Counted from the first letter of the stretch, positions 1 through 12,889 are shown. The stretch is 64,000 nucleotides of DNA from Selaginella moellendorffii (GCF_000143415.4 NW_003314317.1:248001-312000), one strand, 5' to 3'. Numbers and translations are program-made. The notes: generated by a model from the sequence alone, not told the origin.

Positions 1-506
1 TGGGGAGAAGGTGTGGTTGAACACCAAGAACCTCAGGCTACCAAGTGGGATCAGCCGAAAGTTGACCCAAAGGTAAAAATGCATGTATTCCTATAAATGA
101 ATTGATCTTGAGTTCCTTAAGCAGGTTCGCAGGGCCTTACGAGATTGAGGCACGAATCGGTAAAGTGGCTTACCGACTCCGACTTCCTCGAGAGATGGGG
201 AAGACGCACCCAATGTTCCACGTGAACTTACTCAAGCCGTACTTTGAGGATCCGCTTCGCAAGGACCAAGTAAGACCTTTACCTAAGGTTATCCAAGGGG
301 AAGAGGAATACGAAGTTGAGGCCATCCTCAATGCGCGCAAGAGCAAGCGACAAGGACGCGAGGTGAGAGAGTTCCATGTGAAGTGGAAAGGATTTCCACA
401 CTGCGAAGCAACATGGGAACCGGAGGAGAACCTAGCGAACGCGCGAGATCTAGTGGAGGACTTTCTGCAAGGCAGAACTCTATGTACTTATGCAAAGTTC
501 AATTAA
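1..506 (+). CDS. Integrase C-terminal (GPY/F) region plus chromodomain, interrupted by a 52-bp intron (73-124); 5'-truncated by the window edge
   Basis: Removing 73-124 gives GEKVWLNTKNLRLPSGISRKLTQRFAGPYEIEARIGKVAYRL..., continuing into ORF 102-506. Confidence 0.85.
73..124 (+). other. Predicted spliceosomal intron in retrotransposon integrase
   Basis: AG|GTAAAA...TAAGCAG|G, 52 bp, AT-rich in a GC-richer ORF. Excision restores KLTQRFAGPY. Confidence 0.8.
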
Positions 507-909
507 AAATATCAATTTGCAAAGTTGAGCAAGTGGCATATGTTAGGACCCGAAGGCGCGCCGAAGGTAAGCTAATTAGCATGGGTTAGCTAGGTCAACC
601 AGGCATAGGGAGCTACGCCCGACTCCCTGCAGGGATGTCGAATCCGTAGACGTATTCTACGGAGGTTGGGTTCGAGTCCTAACCCCCTAGTAAAGCAAGG
701 CTGGGTTCAAGTCCCGACCCCATACTAGGGCGTGGTGAGGTGAGGAGTATAGGGACACCTATATTCCGTTGTCATGGGCTCTTGGTCGGGGAGGCTAACT
801 TAGGCACACCGCTAAGTGGGGGGATGCCCCCGGAGACATCGTCAACAAGTCGTAGGATAAAATGAGACGTTCGATGTGGGCATCGAACTTCTTCTATGGG
901 TGGTGGAGT

Positions 910-1914
910 TGTAAGGAACCAACTCGCCGAGGTGTTGTAGGCTGAAGGAACCTCGAAAGCATGACCAAAATGACAAAGAGTTCATCGGATGGGACTAAGT
1001 CGAGGATCGAGTCCAAGACCGACTCTAGGACCGAGTTCGAGATAGAGTCCGGAATCGAGTCCGAGACCGACTCGGGGACCGAGTTCGAGTCTGAGTTCGA
1101 GACCGAGTTCGAGACGGAGTCCGAGATCCAAAATCGGGTCCGAGACCGAGTCCGAGGTCGAGTCCGAGGTTGGGTCCAAGATCGGGTCCGAGATCGAGTC
1201 CGAGACCGAATCCGAAGTCGGATTTGAAATCGGGTCCGAGATCGAGCCAGAGACTAAGTCCAAAGCGTTGAGGTTGAGATTGGGACCGAGGGGCCTTGGG
1301 TGGGAGTGAGTATGGACTTAGTTGGTGCCGAAAGGGCCATCCAAGGAAGTGCTCAAGAGCAGCTCCCACTCCCGAAAGGGAAACCGATTGCAGTGCTCCC
1401 GGCTCATGTGGAGTGGTGCCCCACTTGAGTACCATGCGGCTCATTGGTCCTCGCCCTTTCTAGGGGCTTGGACCTTCCCTTCGGGATGGAAGTGGGGGGG
1501 TAGAGGTACCCATACCGGGCCGCTAGGCCACGGTGTTTCGCCCCGGCGTCCCGAAGCAAGTGTTGCACTCAAGACTTGGGATTTAGAGGGTCCCATGATC
1601 AAGTCTTGTGGTACCAAGGGATGTTAGGAACCTAGAAGCTTGGTGTGCTTGGCTGCTTGTGCTTACGGGGAGTGTAGCCGAACCTTAAGTCCAGTCTAAC
1701 CCGGGGAGGGGGATTGGGAGAGATTGGGAATTCGTGGATGGATGGCTAACGCTCCGTTGCTCGTGCAGTGAGTAGCTGAAAGCAAGTAGGACCAAGTAAG
1801 AGTTGGTACCATAGGCGAAAACCTTGGCGAGGGAACTTAACAAAAGCCAAGGCAGTGTCAGACAGATAGACGAGGTAAACTAGCAAATTGGAAAGGAAAA
1901 ATTTGTGGCTTACA
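910..1914 (+). repeat. 3' LTR of family A copy 1
   Basis: TGTAAGG...GCTTACA termini, internal 6/12-bp CCGAGA-type microsatellite, homologous to 29818-31048. Confidence 0.95.
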
Positions 1915-2179
1915 TCAAGCTCAATATCATGGGGGCTCCTAACACTAGCAAGTGCAAGCTAATGACAAGAGTTTCTCAAACTAGGTCCAGTCTCTTCATC
2001 AAAAAACACATAAGAGTTCCCACTTTATGTTTATCTGATTATTGAGTAGTTTCTCAATTAGCTCAAGTGAGAACTATAAAAGGAACCAACTGTACTAGCT
2101 TCCTGCCGTCATGGTAGTAAAGAAAAAATGTCCGTAAGGACTGGCCAATAAATATCTTTTGATACCCAAAGTCATATTT

Positions 2180-3510
2180 GCAATAATATAAAACATTATT
2201 ATGTGAATGAGAAGTTGCATAAGTCTTTCTATTAGCCAAAGATGTAACATGATGTTATCTGGTATGCATGTAGTTGCATTTGGTGTCAAACTTGTAATAC
2301 TTCCCCTCATCCTACAGAAGGATAGTTAGAGTTGATTGCAGTTTCCCATCCGTTTGAGTTAATGGCATTTGATTTAATGGGGCCTTTTCCATAGTTGATT
2401 ATTAGCAATGATTATGTCATTATTTCTTTTGACTACTTAATTTGTTGAGTGGAAGTTAGTGCTCTTATTAGTGCATTTGCAACTCCTATTGGATACATCC
2501 TCCTCAATTGAATAGTGTTTTAGCATTCCTATCTAGAGAGGATTCTTTCGGATTCTTTCGGATAATAGTCTTGTATTTATGATTGAGGCATTTCATGTTT
2601 TAACATTTCAGTTGGGCATACACCGCACTTTCAAAAATGTTTATCATCCAGAGATAACTAGTTTGGTGGAACGAACCTTTAAATGGATGATTATGAAGTA
2701 TATGAACTTTCAACATTTACATTGGAATAGTTATTTGCCATCTTTTTGATATACATATGTCACAGGGGTACAGAGTTTAGTTGGTGCTTCACCATATAAA
2801 CTTTATATAGTTAAAGTCCAATATTGCTAATGGAGTTGAACTTACCTTCGTGATTGCCACAAGCTACCAATACGAGGTTTTGGGATTAATATTTGACAAG
2901 TTTGCTTCCACTTATCCAAGTAGAGTCTACTACTTAGATAGAGTACAAGTGGGACAACAATAGCACTACAACTCCCATCATCATATACTTACAAAGTATA
3001 AAGTGGATAATTTAGTATTAGTCTATTTTCCCAATTTTATGGTACGTAGTTTGTTTAAAGGGCTCTTTGCTCAATGGAAAGGATTATATTGGGTGTTGTG
3101 GTCAATTAGATTGCAAGTTTATAAAGTTTAGCATGATGTTAAATAAGCCAATCCTCTAAAAATTATGCATATACAGTGACTAAAATGCTTTATACAAAAG
3201 GATCAGGAATAATTAGTACCATCGAGAGATCCACTAATGCCTCCTCCTAATGTTCCTCCAAATCCTAGCCCGTCAACCAAAGAACCTTGACTATCTTCCA
3301 TTCTTCTGAGAGGAATGATATGAGGTCCAAGTGTATGGCTACAATGCCGTGTACTAATATTAACAACTATACACTAAGATTAACGTTATGGGATTTTGAC
3401 AACTATCAGATTGGTTTCAATCTGAATCACTCACTTTTGTATATAAGCTAATTTTGGGTTAATTGATATGCACATTATTGTATTCCCTTTTCATATTCTA
3501 TACACTCACA
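2180..3510 (+). mobile_element. Heavily decayed integrase plus 3' LTR of the Selgy-like family (relative of 21793-26803)
   Basis: Aligns to the reverse complement of about 21793-23100 with many C>T/G>A changes and stops. LTR remnant at about 3319-3510 ends CACTCACA. Confidence 0.85.
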
Positions 3511-4739
3511 CAATTGTTTTATCTAATCTATAATGCACAAAAAATAAGAATATTTATATACAAGCTAATAATAATATAAATTTTAATAATAAAATGTTAA
3601 AGTGGAGCTTGTTGCTTGTAAGTGCCAACTAGGAGAGGTGATAGACAATGCTACAAGGGAAGGCTAGGGTGAGTGAGTTGCACAAAGCTCCCTATACTTG
3701 CAATCTTCTTTCTATTTAAGAGAAATTAGCTATTTTTTGGGATGTCTAGTGCTAACAATGGCATTAAGTAAGCTATAGGTATGAGCAAGTAGATTACAGC
3801 TAAATGATAATATTCCAAAGATCAAATAATCACATATATTTTGTCAATTGATCTAGTATGGCCCACATTTGTTCCTTTTGTCTTTATGATCATGGCAAAC
3901 AAGTTGATAAAATCCATAAATATACCATATCAATAGCTCTAAAGAGTAGGTAAAAGCTGCAAAAGTCCTTCTATCTTTTCCTATGGCACTTTTACCCACT
4001 AATAGAGTTGCATTATTTACAATACTCAAGTATATCAACTTTCATATTCCTCCAATAAAAATTGCACTTAATCAATTTATATATCTTTTTTCCCCCAAAA
4101 TGACTAGCCTCTAGATGATCATGATAGTGGAATAAAACCTAATTAATTAACATATTTGGAAAATACACATGGTTATTGTAGTAAAGAATCTCATCCACCA
4201 ATGAAAAAAGTGATTCCATATAAATTCATAAAGAGACCACTTTAGCATCCTAAACTTGAGCATGCTCAACTAATTACCCAAACTTGTTAACCACTTTATT
4301 CAAATGATGATAAAATTGTTCATAACTTTGTTATATGACAAACATAAGATAAAGCATTTGTTACCATATTTGATTTCCCAGACAATGCTCACTAGTAAAT
4401 TCCTTAAATTTCATGATTTTGACCATCCAATAAGTTTATTTAGTGTTCAACTCCTTCTGTATGAATAAACATATAAGAGGTTTATAATCTATCAATAACA
4501 TGAACACTACACCATAAAGATAATACCTCTATGTTTGCAAAGTATAAACAGTTAAAAAAAACTCATGCTCATATGTAAAATATCATTAATTTACAGGATT
4601 TAAGTCCCTTTTGCATGGTACTAATTGTTTTTTTAGCATTTGTAATGTTATGGAAAATTATAGCATTCCCTTGTCAATGGACGTTTTCTTGTTACACAAG
4701 AGTTTAACTTATATAAACCCCAGACAATAAAAGGGATAT

Positions 4740-4967
4740 ATGGTTTATTATGCCAGAAAAGATGGCATGATCAAAACGACCAAGAAGAGCAAGATGAAGA
4801 GGCCAATGGATCCCAGAATCTGGAGGTGGCTTCCTTGTGATATTCAACACCAGCTCATCACTTTCCTCCCATTTCCCACTCTTTGCCACTTCCACTCTCT
4901 CTCCAAGGATTGGCACTCAGCAATCTACCCGCAGCTGTCGCGGCAGCACCCTTGGCAACACCAGTAA
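4740..4967 (+). pseudogene. F-box domain fragment
   Basis: MDPRIWRWLPCDIQHQLITFLPFPTLCHFHSLSKDWHSAI fits the plant F-box consensus (W..LP.D....I...LP...L..F..V.K.W). The ORF stops early. Confidence 0.6.
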
Positions 4968-5683
4968 GATTCGCATCTCAGCCAATGGCATCTCCTGGAA
5001 GGTGTTCACTCTCTGGCTTCCAAAGGCAAGCCAAGTCTTCACCTTGAACGCTTGCTTGGAGGTTTGGTATTGATGAGCGTCAAGGAAAAGCACAAAAAAC
5101 CTTAAAAAACATGCCCTTCAAATGGAAAATTACTCCTACAAACATACCAACACAATTGCAGCTTCCACAGTTGATGGATTTTCAGCAAGACGAATAAGTG
5201 GTCCTCCCATTTCGATTTCTGAGCAAAGAAATGTTTCACAGAACCGAGTGAAGGAGAAATAATTTGGAAAAAAACAAAGGTCAAGACTCTTGCAATTTGC
5301 GAGCTGCCTGCGACGATTCTAGCTCGGGATGTTTCTCCTTCTCTTGTCTAGAACCAACCACTCTTCTTTCAAAACACAGGAATCACGCAACCACACTCCA
5401 CTGAGCAGTAAAAGGTCAATGACACGGGTATGGGTGCAAACACAGCTTTCGCCTCATCAAGATGCCCTTCTTGGGTTTTTGCTGCAAGTATAGGCCATTA
5501 CATCCCTCTCAGCCATTTTGACAAAGACTCTCAGAGCTTTTGTTTTGAGGTGTATCCATGGAACATGATATTACAGAAAACCAAATTTCGATCAAAGCCA
5601 TGATCGAATATGTCCAGATGCCCGTTTTGGGCATATGCTGCTGTTAGAGGTAGAGATGATGTGGCATGTAATTATGCCATCTC

Positions 5684-6010
5684 GTGGAACGCGCGTACGC
5701 CCAGGCGGGTGATCTCGATCACGCCGCGAAGATCTTCTCGTGCGCGATGCCGGAGAGAGATCTCGTCTCTTGGACAGCGATGGCCGGCGCCTATGCGCAC
5801 GCCGGCTTCCCCGACCGGCGATCTTCGACGCCATCCCGGAGAGGAATCGCGTCTCGTGGGGCGTGGCGCTGGCGGCGCCGGTGGAGATCTTCCAGAGGAT
5901 GCAAGCCGAGGGGATTGGGGCGGACGAGATCTCCTTCGATTGCTTGCTGCTTGGATCCAGCCACGCCGGGAGATTGCGCGAGGGCTGCCACTACTTTCGA
6001 TGGATTTTGA
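5684..6010 (+). pseudogene. Frameshifted PLS-class PPR gene fragment
   Basis: Motifs lie in alternating frames: AYAQAGDLDHAAKIF..MPERDLVSWTAM; IFDAIPERNRVSW; FQRMQAEGIGADEISF..LL..SHAG.LREGCHYF. Confidence 0.8.
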
Positions 6011-6452
6011 GATGGCCGGCGGGGTGGCCACGCGGACGAGGCGCGGAGCTTGGTCTCGGCCATGCCGTACGTCCTCGACATTGTGGACTGGCGGTCGCTG
6101 CTGTCGGCGACCGGAGGACAGGGACTTTAGGACCCAAAATTGACCAAGAAGAAACCCTCGCCAACAAAATTGGAGAGAGGGAACATACTCTTCCAAGATG
6201 TTTGGAATCAAACACACATCGAGGAATTCGACATTTACTTAGAAGACGCACACTTAACCAGAATAGTCGACAGATTTTTTGTAAGCAAAATTGACAGATC
6301 CAAGGCTCCTATGTACAAAATGCTTCGCCCTGCACAGCGCAAGAACGAGCTTAGCAAAAAGAAAAAAAAAGTAAAAAACGAACAATCAGGAAAATATCTT
6401 ACGTTTGAACCTGTGTGGACGACCGCTGGGACTTGTGTCACGGGCATCCGAG

Positions 6453-9095
6453 TTACTCGTTTTTCTTCTCCATGGCTCTCTTTGCGAGTTCGTATCCCGC
6501 AAAGTTCATAGCTCCCAGGGGCGCGATCCAGAAGAACCTGGGAACAGCGCCCTTGAAGAGCGCGAGGAGCCCCTCCTCGCTGACGATCTTCACTGTGACC
6601 GAGCTCATCGTCACGGGGATGCCCGGAGGCGATGTCATCATCCGTGTCTTCATGACGTCGAATGGAGTAGTAAACACAGCGGCGAGACCGCCCGAGAGGC
6701 CTCCTATCGCGATTACCTCCCATGGTGCCAATTCTCTCTTGATAACGTTCTGGACAACCTGTAAAGAAGAAAGAAATAAGATGCTTGGTCTTGAGCGTGA
6801 GAGTTCATTTACCTTTTTGGCTTCCTCGTAGATCATCATTCCAGCCACATAGAACGGCACTTCACGGCACAGTGTTGCTCCTGTCCCTCGGAAAAATCCT
6901 TTCCACCCGTCCTTGCGAAGTGTTCCAGCGATCGCGACTCCAACGTTGTCGTAAAGACCAGCTTGTAGTCTTTGTTTCAGAACTTCGCAGGGGATTCGAA
7001 TTGCGGTACCGAGGAATGTGCTACAGAATGACGCAAGAGATTGTACCTGGAAGAACAGCAGCGGCATTAGTTGGCCACAGGAAAACGGCAACAAAGATCA
7101 GACCTGAAGCTCGGATACATTTGGAGCCACGTTGATTAGCAACAGCTTGCTAGCTTCAAAAATCCCAGTTCGAAGACCATGACTAAAAACAGACATAAAT
7201 GTGTTAAATGAAAAGAAGAGAAAAACTCGGAAAACATTACCTCGAAAACTGGCCGATAATTGCAGGAGCAGAACCTCGGTACAATCCTTTGATCCCGATG
7301 TTAGGAATGTTTGATATTAACTCTGAAAAACTAAGAGTTGAGGACGCCTGTACTCTAGTCTGCACGGAAAGCAAAAGCACAAGTCAGACAACGCTCGCCA
7401 TGAACAAGAACGTTCATTGCTCTTTTAGTATTCACAGATACCAAAGCCCCAGGCAAAGTAAGAGAGAGTTAAAGCGTGCCTTTAGAGTGTCAAGCGGGTG
7501 TAGCAAGCTAGTCGATAAAGCGCAAGCCAAGCCACCAGCCAACGCAGATTTGAGGACGCTACCGGCAGGAACTTCTATAGGAGGAGACATGGGAACAACG
7601 GTTGCAGCTTCATACCAGACCATCCTGCAATAGAGCCAAAATATTAAGAACAAAAAGCTGCACACAGAGCCTTGTACCTCGGATCATCGAATAAGCGTTC
7701 AGGCGGAAGGAGCACCAAGAAGTTTCTGAACTGGCCATACGTGATGGAGCCTTCGGTATCCGAGTTGAGAATGCGCATCATCGCGGCGGCGTTTTCTTCA
7801 GTGGCCGGAAGACCAGCATTGCGGAGAAGTGTCAAAACCTGTCCCTTTTGCAAGGTCCCGGACTTGCTGACACTCAGGGAATTGAAAGCTCGAAGCATGA
7901 CTGACTCCTTCTGTTCCATCAGCGTCAGGAACTCGCTCCAGCCAAACGATTTCTTCAACCAGTGCTTCTTGGTTCTTCTCAAAAACTCCCGAGCATAACG
8001 CTGAGGCAAACGCCTTTTCCTCATTGCCAGCTCCAAGTCCTCCAGAGTAACTTGACCGTCTTTATCGCGGTCAAGCTCATCAAACAATCTTCTCCCTGGA
8101 AACACAGCACAATAAGAATAAAATGTAAAGAGAGTAAAAATCGAAAGCGACTCACCTTCAGCTTCTGTATACTTGAAGAAATCTTCGACTGAGTACAGCT
8201 TTCTCTTGTCCGGAAAACTTTGAGGCGCTTTTCCTAGCAGTGGAACCAAGTCCATAATGTTCTCGATGTTTGGCAGCTTCACACTGAAACGAGGAATTCC
8301 ACCTCTCGTGCGGTTCGTTTCAAACTGACTCTCGAGGGGGCTCTCTTCCTCATAAGGTGACGGTTCTATAATGCTGGGCTCTCCTTGTACTCGTGCAAAG
8401 GCAGCGCCTTTCTTAAACCCGAAAATCTTCGTAAACGCAACGACGTCCCGCAGCATAAACCTCAGGAACACGGAGTTCTCCAGAAGAGTTTTTACGTCGA
8501 GTTTGCGTTCCATTGGACTGTCACGCGATGCCGGCTCCACCACATGAACAAGGAAACCTGGAAAAAGCTTAGAGACCGGCGCTGCATTTTCTTCCTTGCT
8601 TTCATCCGTTGCGACAGGAGCTTGCGTCACCTTCCTTGCAGGAACAAAGCTCGAGAACGTCCGGAAGAGGAACCCAGCGTGATGATCAGCAGCATTCACC
8701 ACGGCGTTGCTGGCCCGAAAAACTGGATTGTAACACTGCGGCTGCTCGTCTCGGACCAAACCCCCGGAGCTCTTCTGGAAATGTTTAATCCCATCCAAGG
8801 GTAAGGACAGCCGGAGGAAATCGAAGGAACCCTGTTCCTTGACGCTGCCCTTCACACCGCTTTCTTCTGCCGCCCCTGCCCAGCTCTTGATGGGCAGCCC
8901 AACACTGGACAAGCTCGCCGAGAGCTGCTCGGTGAATTGCCCTAGAAAGGCCTGAATTTCCTGTTTCCCACATTCTAATCGATCTAGCTTGAATCGATTG
9001 ACGAGCAAGACCTTGTAGACGAGATGGCTTTCAACTGAATCGAATGCGTGCTCGATCTGCCACGCCCTATCCTTGTCGCTGGGGGTATTCCTCAT
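6453..9095 (-). CDS. SAMTL: EF-hand-containing mitochondrial carrier family protein (SAM-transporter-like, At2g35800 type); 7 predicted exons 9095-8156, 8095-7678, 7624-7480, 7359-7241, 7182-7104, 7046-6813, 6758-6453
   Basis: EF-hand ELDRDKDGQVTLEDL and three carrier signatures (HPLDTLKTR, IPCEVLKQR, TPFDVMKTR). Predicted introns are GT-AG except one GC-AG, and they rejoin the reading frame. Confidence 0.9.
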
Positions 9096-12000
9096 CTTTT
9101 AGGCCGCTCCAACCACGGCATGGATCCTGCAAGAACGCCAATGCAGCTACGCAATCAGCCGCTCACCTCAAGAAATGCGCGGCGCCAAAACCCTCGCAAA
9201 ACCCTGGCAGCTCGAAATTCTGTCCAATCTCCGCGCGATCGCCCGCGGCCAGAGATGATTTCCACGCTTCCCTAGCGACTGCGCGCCCTGCCGATCGAAA
9301 TATCCAATACCGCCCTAAAATCTCCCAAGCATGGGCGCCACACAGGGAAGCCGCCCAAAAGAAAATAGCAATGGATAAGCACCCCAAGGTATTTCTTCCC
9401 TAGCCATAGCCGTAATTTTTACTTCGACTGTCATGACACGTGGCGCCTTGCAGATCACGCCGCGTGGATAAAATGCGGACGTGGCGCAATTATCTTGTGG
9501 GGTTCATCTCAAGTTGGCCCGAGCGATGGAACACCAAACCAGGTTTAGTTTGGTCTATCAAGAACATATACAATGAATCAAGATTTTTTCAGCTATATAA
9601 AATAACTCTTTCATTTTTAGCAAACGCTAAGCAGTTGGCAAAGCTTTTGACCACTAACACCAATACTTTGTTCAAGGGGGGAAGAAGAATTGTTAAGCAC
9701 CATGTGGTCAATATAGATCCAAACTAAACTCAAAAATATATTAGAGCATGGATTTAAGGTAACCTACCCTAAAGGCTCATGATGGAGTGGTTAGTATGGT
9801 GGAGCTTTTGAGGTAGTTCAAGAGTGGTTAAATGTCAAGAGGAGCTACAGTATAATCTAAGTGAGGTTGTTTTGTTATTTAATAACAGGTTATAACACTT
9901 AAGCACACGGGCCCCCCATTTTGGAACTTGCAAGAACTCAATGTAGCAGCTTGTAACAGCAACTAGTGTCTAGAAGCAGAAAGCCATAGCTGCCCAGGAA
10001 TTAGATGGAAAGGCAGATCCAAATCCCAAGGATTTTGCTCCAATGATACTCATGGCATTCCTTCTATTTTTCCACTAGATCCAGCATACTAAAATGTCTT
10101 CTAGGACCAGATACTTATACTAGAAGACATAACGGAAAACACCATTTAGCACTTGCTTGACATGTAAGTATTTCTCTCGCTTGGTGATGTTTTGTAAGTA
10201 ACTCCAGGAATCGGGCAATGATTGGAGGTAATGGCTAGAGCATTTGGCCTGGCTCTTTCTCCCATCCTACTAGCACATCCAGTCCAGGCTGTGAGCAAAA
10301 AGGAGTCCTCAAATCCAAGAGCATTCATTATCTCGACAAGTATGGAATCTACTACTAATGCTTTGGCCGATTCTAGATCCAACATAAACATTATCTCCTT
10401 GGATCTTGACAAATATGTTTTTTTTGCATCTTCTTGCACTCCCCACTTCCTTGAAAAATATAAAAATTAGGAGTTAATGGAAATCCCTTTCCTCTCTCTT
10501 TCTCTCAAAACACAAAGCATGTAAAGATGGTGTGTTATTAGCCACTTATTTCAGACACAACAACATCATGACAACATGAAGAGAGGTTGAAAAATCAATG
10601 GGATCTTCATTGACTTCACCAAAAGATTTACTTTTGATTATGTCGCTACTCCACAAAATCCCTTCAAAAAAGTGTACAACAAAGATTTCCATGAGTGGAT
10701 GATGCTCGGTGATCATCCAGAAAGTACCAATAGATCCCAAAGAGCACCCAATGGAATATGAAGCATGGATCATAGAGGAGATCATCTAAAGTCTTGTCAT
10801 GGAGAAATGAAGTCCAAAGTTCTCTTTCCTCCCTTATCAACATCCCCTCTAAAAGCATCTAATTGGATTCAAATAACAACTCTATTACGACTAAATGTGG
10901 TACAATGGTCTAAGCAAACACTAGAAGCATCATATTGGCATATGATGTTGGACAATTACACTTATAAACCTGCAATAGCATTCCAAAAACAATAGATAAG
11001 GTTTTTAAGCAAGCTGCTTGCCAAGGATGTGATGGCAATGCTCTATTAAATATAAAAAGCTGGAACCTATCACAAAGTGATCAACATACATGGAACCAAC
11101 TTAGGCTATATTGCTGGAGTAACTACTAGGGATATGAAGAAGGGCTAGACTCCTTATTCTAGTACATGCTAAACAATCTGGACAAATACTAGTCAGATCC
11201 AAGTTTGATATCATCAGATTGTCTATTGCACATTGCCAACCCACAGATGATTCTCTAAATTGCAGCCTTCCTACAGATCCATGAATAGATGCAAGTGGCA
11301 GTGATAGAGGTGGCAAAAAAGCCAAAAAACTCAGATCTAGAATTCATCCCACACACCTAGACCAAGATGAACATATGTAAATTCATCCCAATCCAACAAT
11401 ACATCCTCTATGTCCTCATGATGTGATGGTAGTGAGAGCAATAGAGCTTTCTCACCCATACCATCCTTGCAATGCACCCAATTACAGTCAAGAGGCCTTC
11501 CATTAAATCAGAAACGTGATTGCCATGATGGGCAAACCTCTATTAGCATATAACTTCATAAAAGACTGGCATGCCATCATTAACCTCCAAAACATCCAAG
11601 GCCATTGCATGCTCAAATAAATAGAGGCTACACAAGAGGCTTAGTGCAAGAAAATAGCAATAGAATAATTTTGTTTTCTTCTTCCATACTTGGCTTCTAA
11701 TAAAGATGTTCTTATATAGTGTGCTCTACACTATATCCATCATTTGTCCAGGAGAAAATGTTTGGTCAAAAAGGGATTGGAATATGAACCAAAATTTGTT
11801 CACATCCGATATATCAATAACGTCTATACCCTATTCAAGGAATGTTTGAGGTTGATTGTATTGAACTCTAACCTCTTGAGCCACTAGGATACCCTTAAGC
11901 CCTTGATTTGTAAATGCAAACGATGGCCATGGGTGGGCTACCTTGACAAAACTAGCCATATGCATACATTGGATCCAAAGATCCTTGGCTCATGAGTACT

Positions 12001-12889
12001 TATCTTGGTTATTGAGAAAGGTTTTAAGCACATCACCCCTAAGCCACTCCAAATAATGAAAATCATCTATGATGCTTGGGATAGCATTGCTAGTATCATC
12101 CTGGAAGTATACATCCAGAACTAGCAAAGTAATGAGATGGCTGTAAACAGCACATCAATCATTGGGTTCAACTAGCACTCCATGCTTGCCAACTAACCCC
12201 AATGATAGATGTGATCCTTAAGACACAACAATAGCTTGAATGGATATATAAACATCTATACATCAATGACACTAACATAGCAAGTAATACACCTACTTTC
12301 TTTTATGAAGTGTTAGCCTAGGGAGAAGCACTAAGGCAAAAGAATAGTGAGGGCTTCTCACTTGCAATATCACACAACAATGTCCTAGAAACTCTTGAGA
12401 CAATTGTGAAGCAATTCCTTGAGGATCTGCTTCCACAAGAATTCTCACAAACCTCCCATATCTTACAGGAATATATAAGGGGCACAAAAACAAGATGCAC
12501 TAGCTCATGAATATGGATGAGTATGTGTTTTCAGAAATCACTATATGCCTAACAACTGTCCTTAAGGGAATATAGAATGTGCTGCAAAATGTGGTAGATG
12601 ATTTCTACGCATAAGTCAAGTTCTTTAAAGGAAAGATGAATGCATGTTGGAACCTTGGATCCATGTAGGAATTTGCCATTAACCTTCCCAATAGAATCAT
12701 AACAATCTTTACTAGTGACATTATTAAATGCTATAAGATAATCCCCTTGGAGGAAAACCAAGGCTTCACCACAGCCACAACACACCTTATCAATCTAGCC
12801 TTTGCACATCAGAACGACCTCAAAAATGATTTGCCTGAAACAGAAAAAGAATGATGATTTCAAGAAACCTCTATGCTATTTGTTTGTTA

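Larger units (their letters stand above)
1..1914 (+). mobile_element. 3' part of Ty3/gypsy chromovirus, family A copy 1 (integrase C-terminus, chromodomain, 3' UTR, PPT, 3' LTR)
   Basis: GPY motif, VAYRLRLP and a chromodomain (EEEYEVEAIL...FHVKWKGFP...TWEPEENL). PPT-like TGGGTGGTGGAGT before TGTAAGG at 910. Highly similar to 35587-36454 joined to 56079-57700. Confidence 0.95.

Noticed and set aside
640-720. tRNA gene suggested by GGTTCGAGTCC
   Set aside because: No acceptor stem, D-arm or A-box geometry, and the motif is doubled. Treated as part of a retroelement structured RNA.
897-912. Family A/B PPT (TGGTGGAGTTG) matches the Selgy-like PBS
   Set aside because: Short match at the plus-strand priming position, where a tRNA could not prime in the required direction. 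Likely coincidence.
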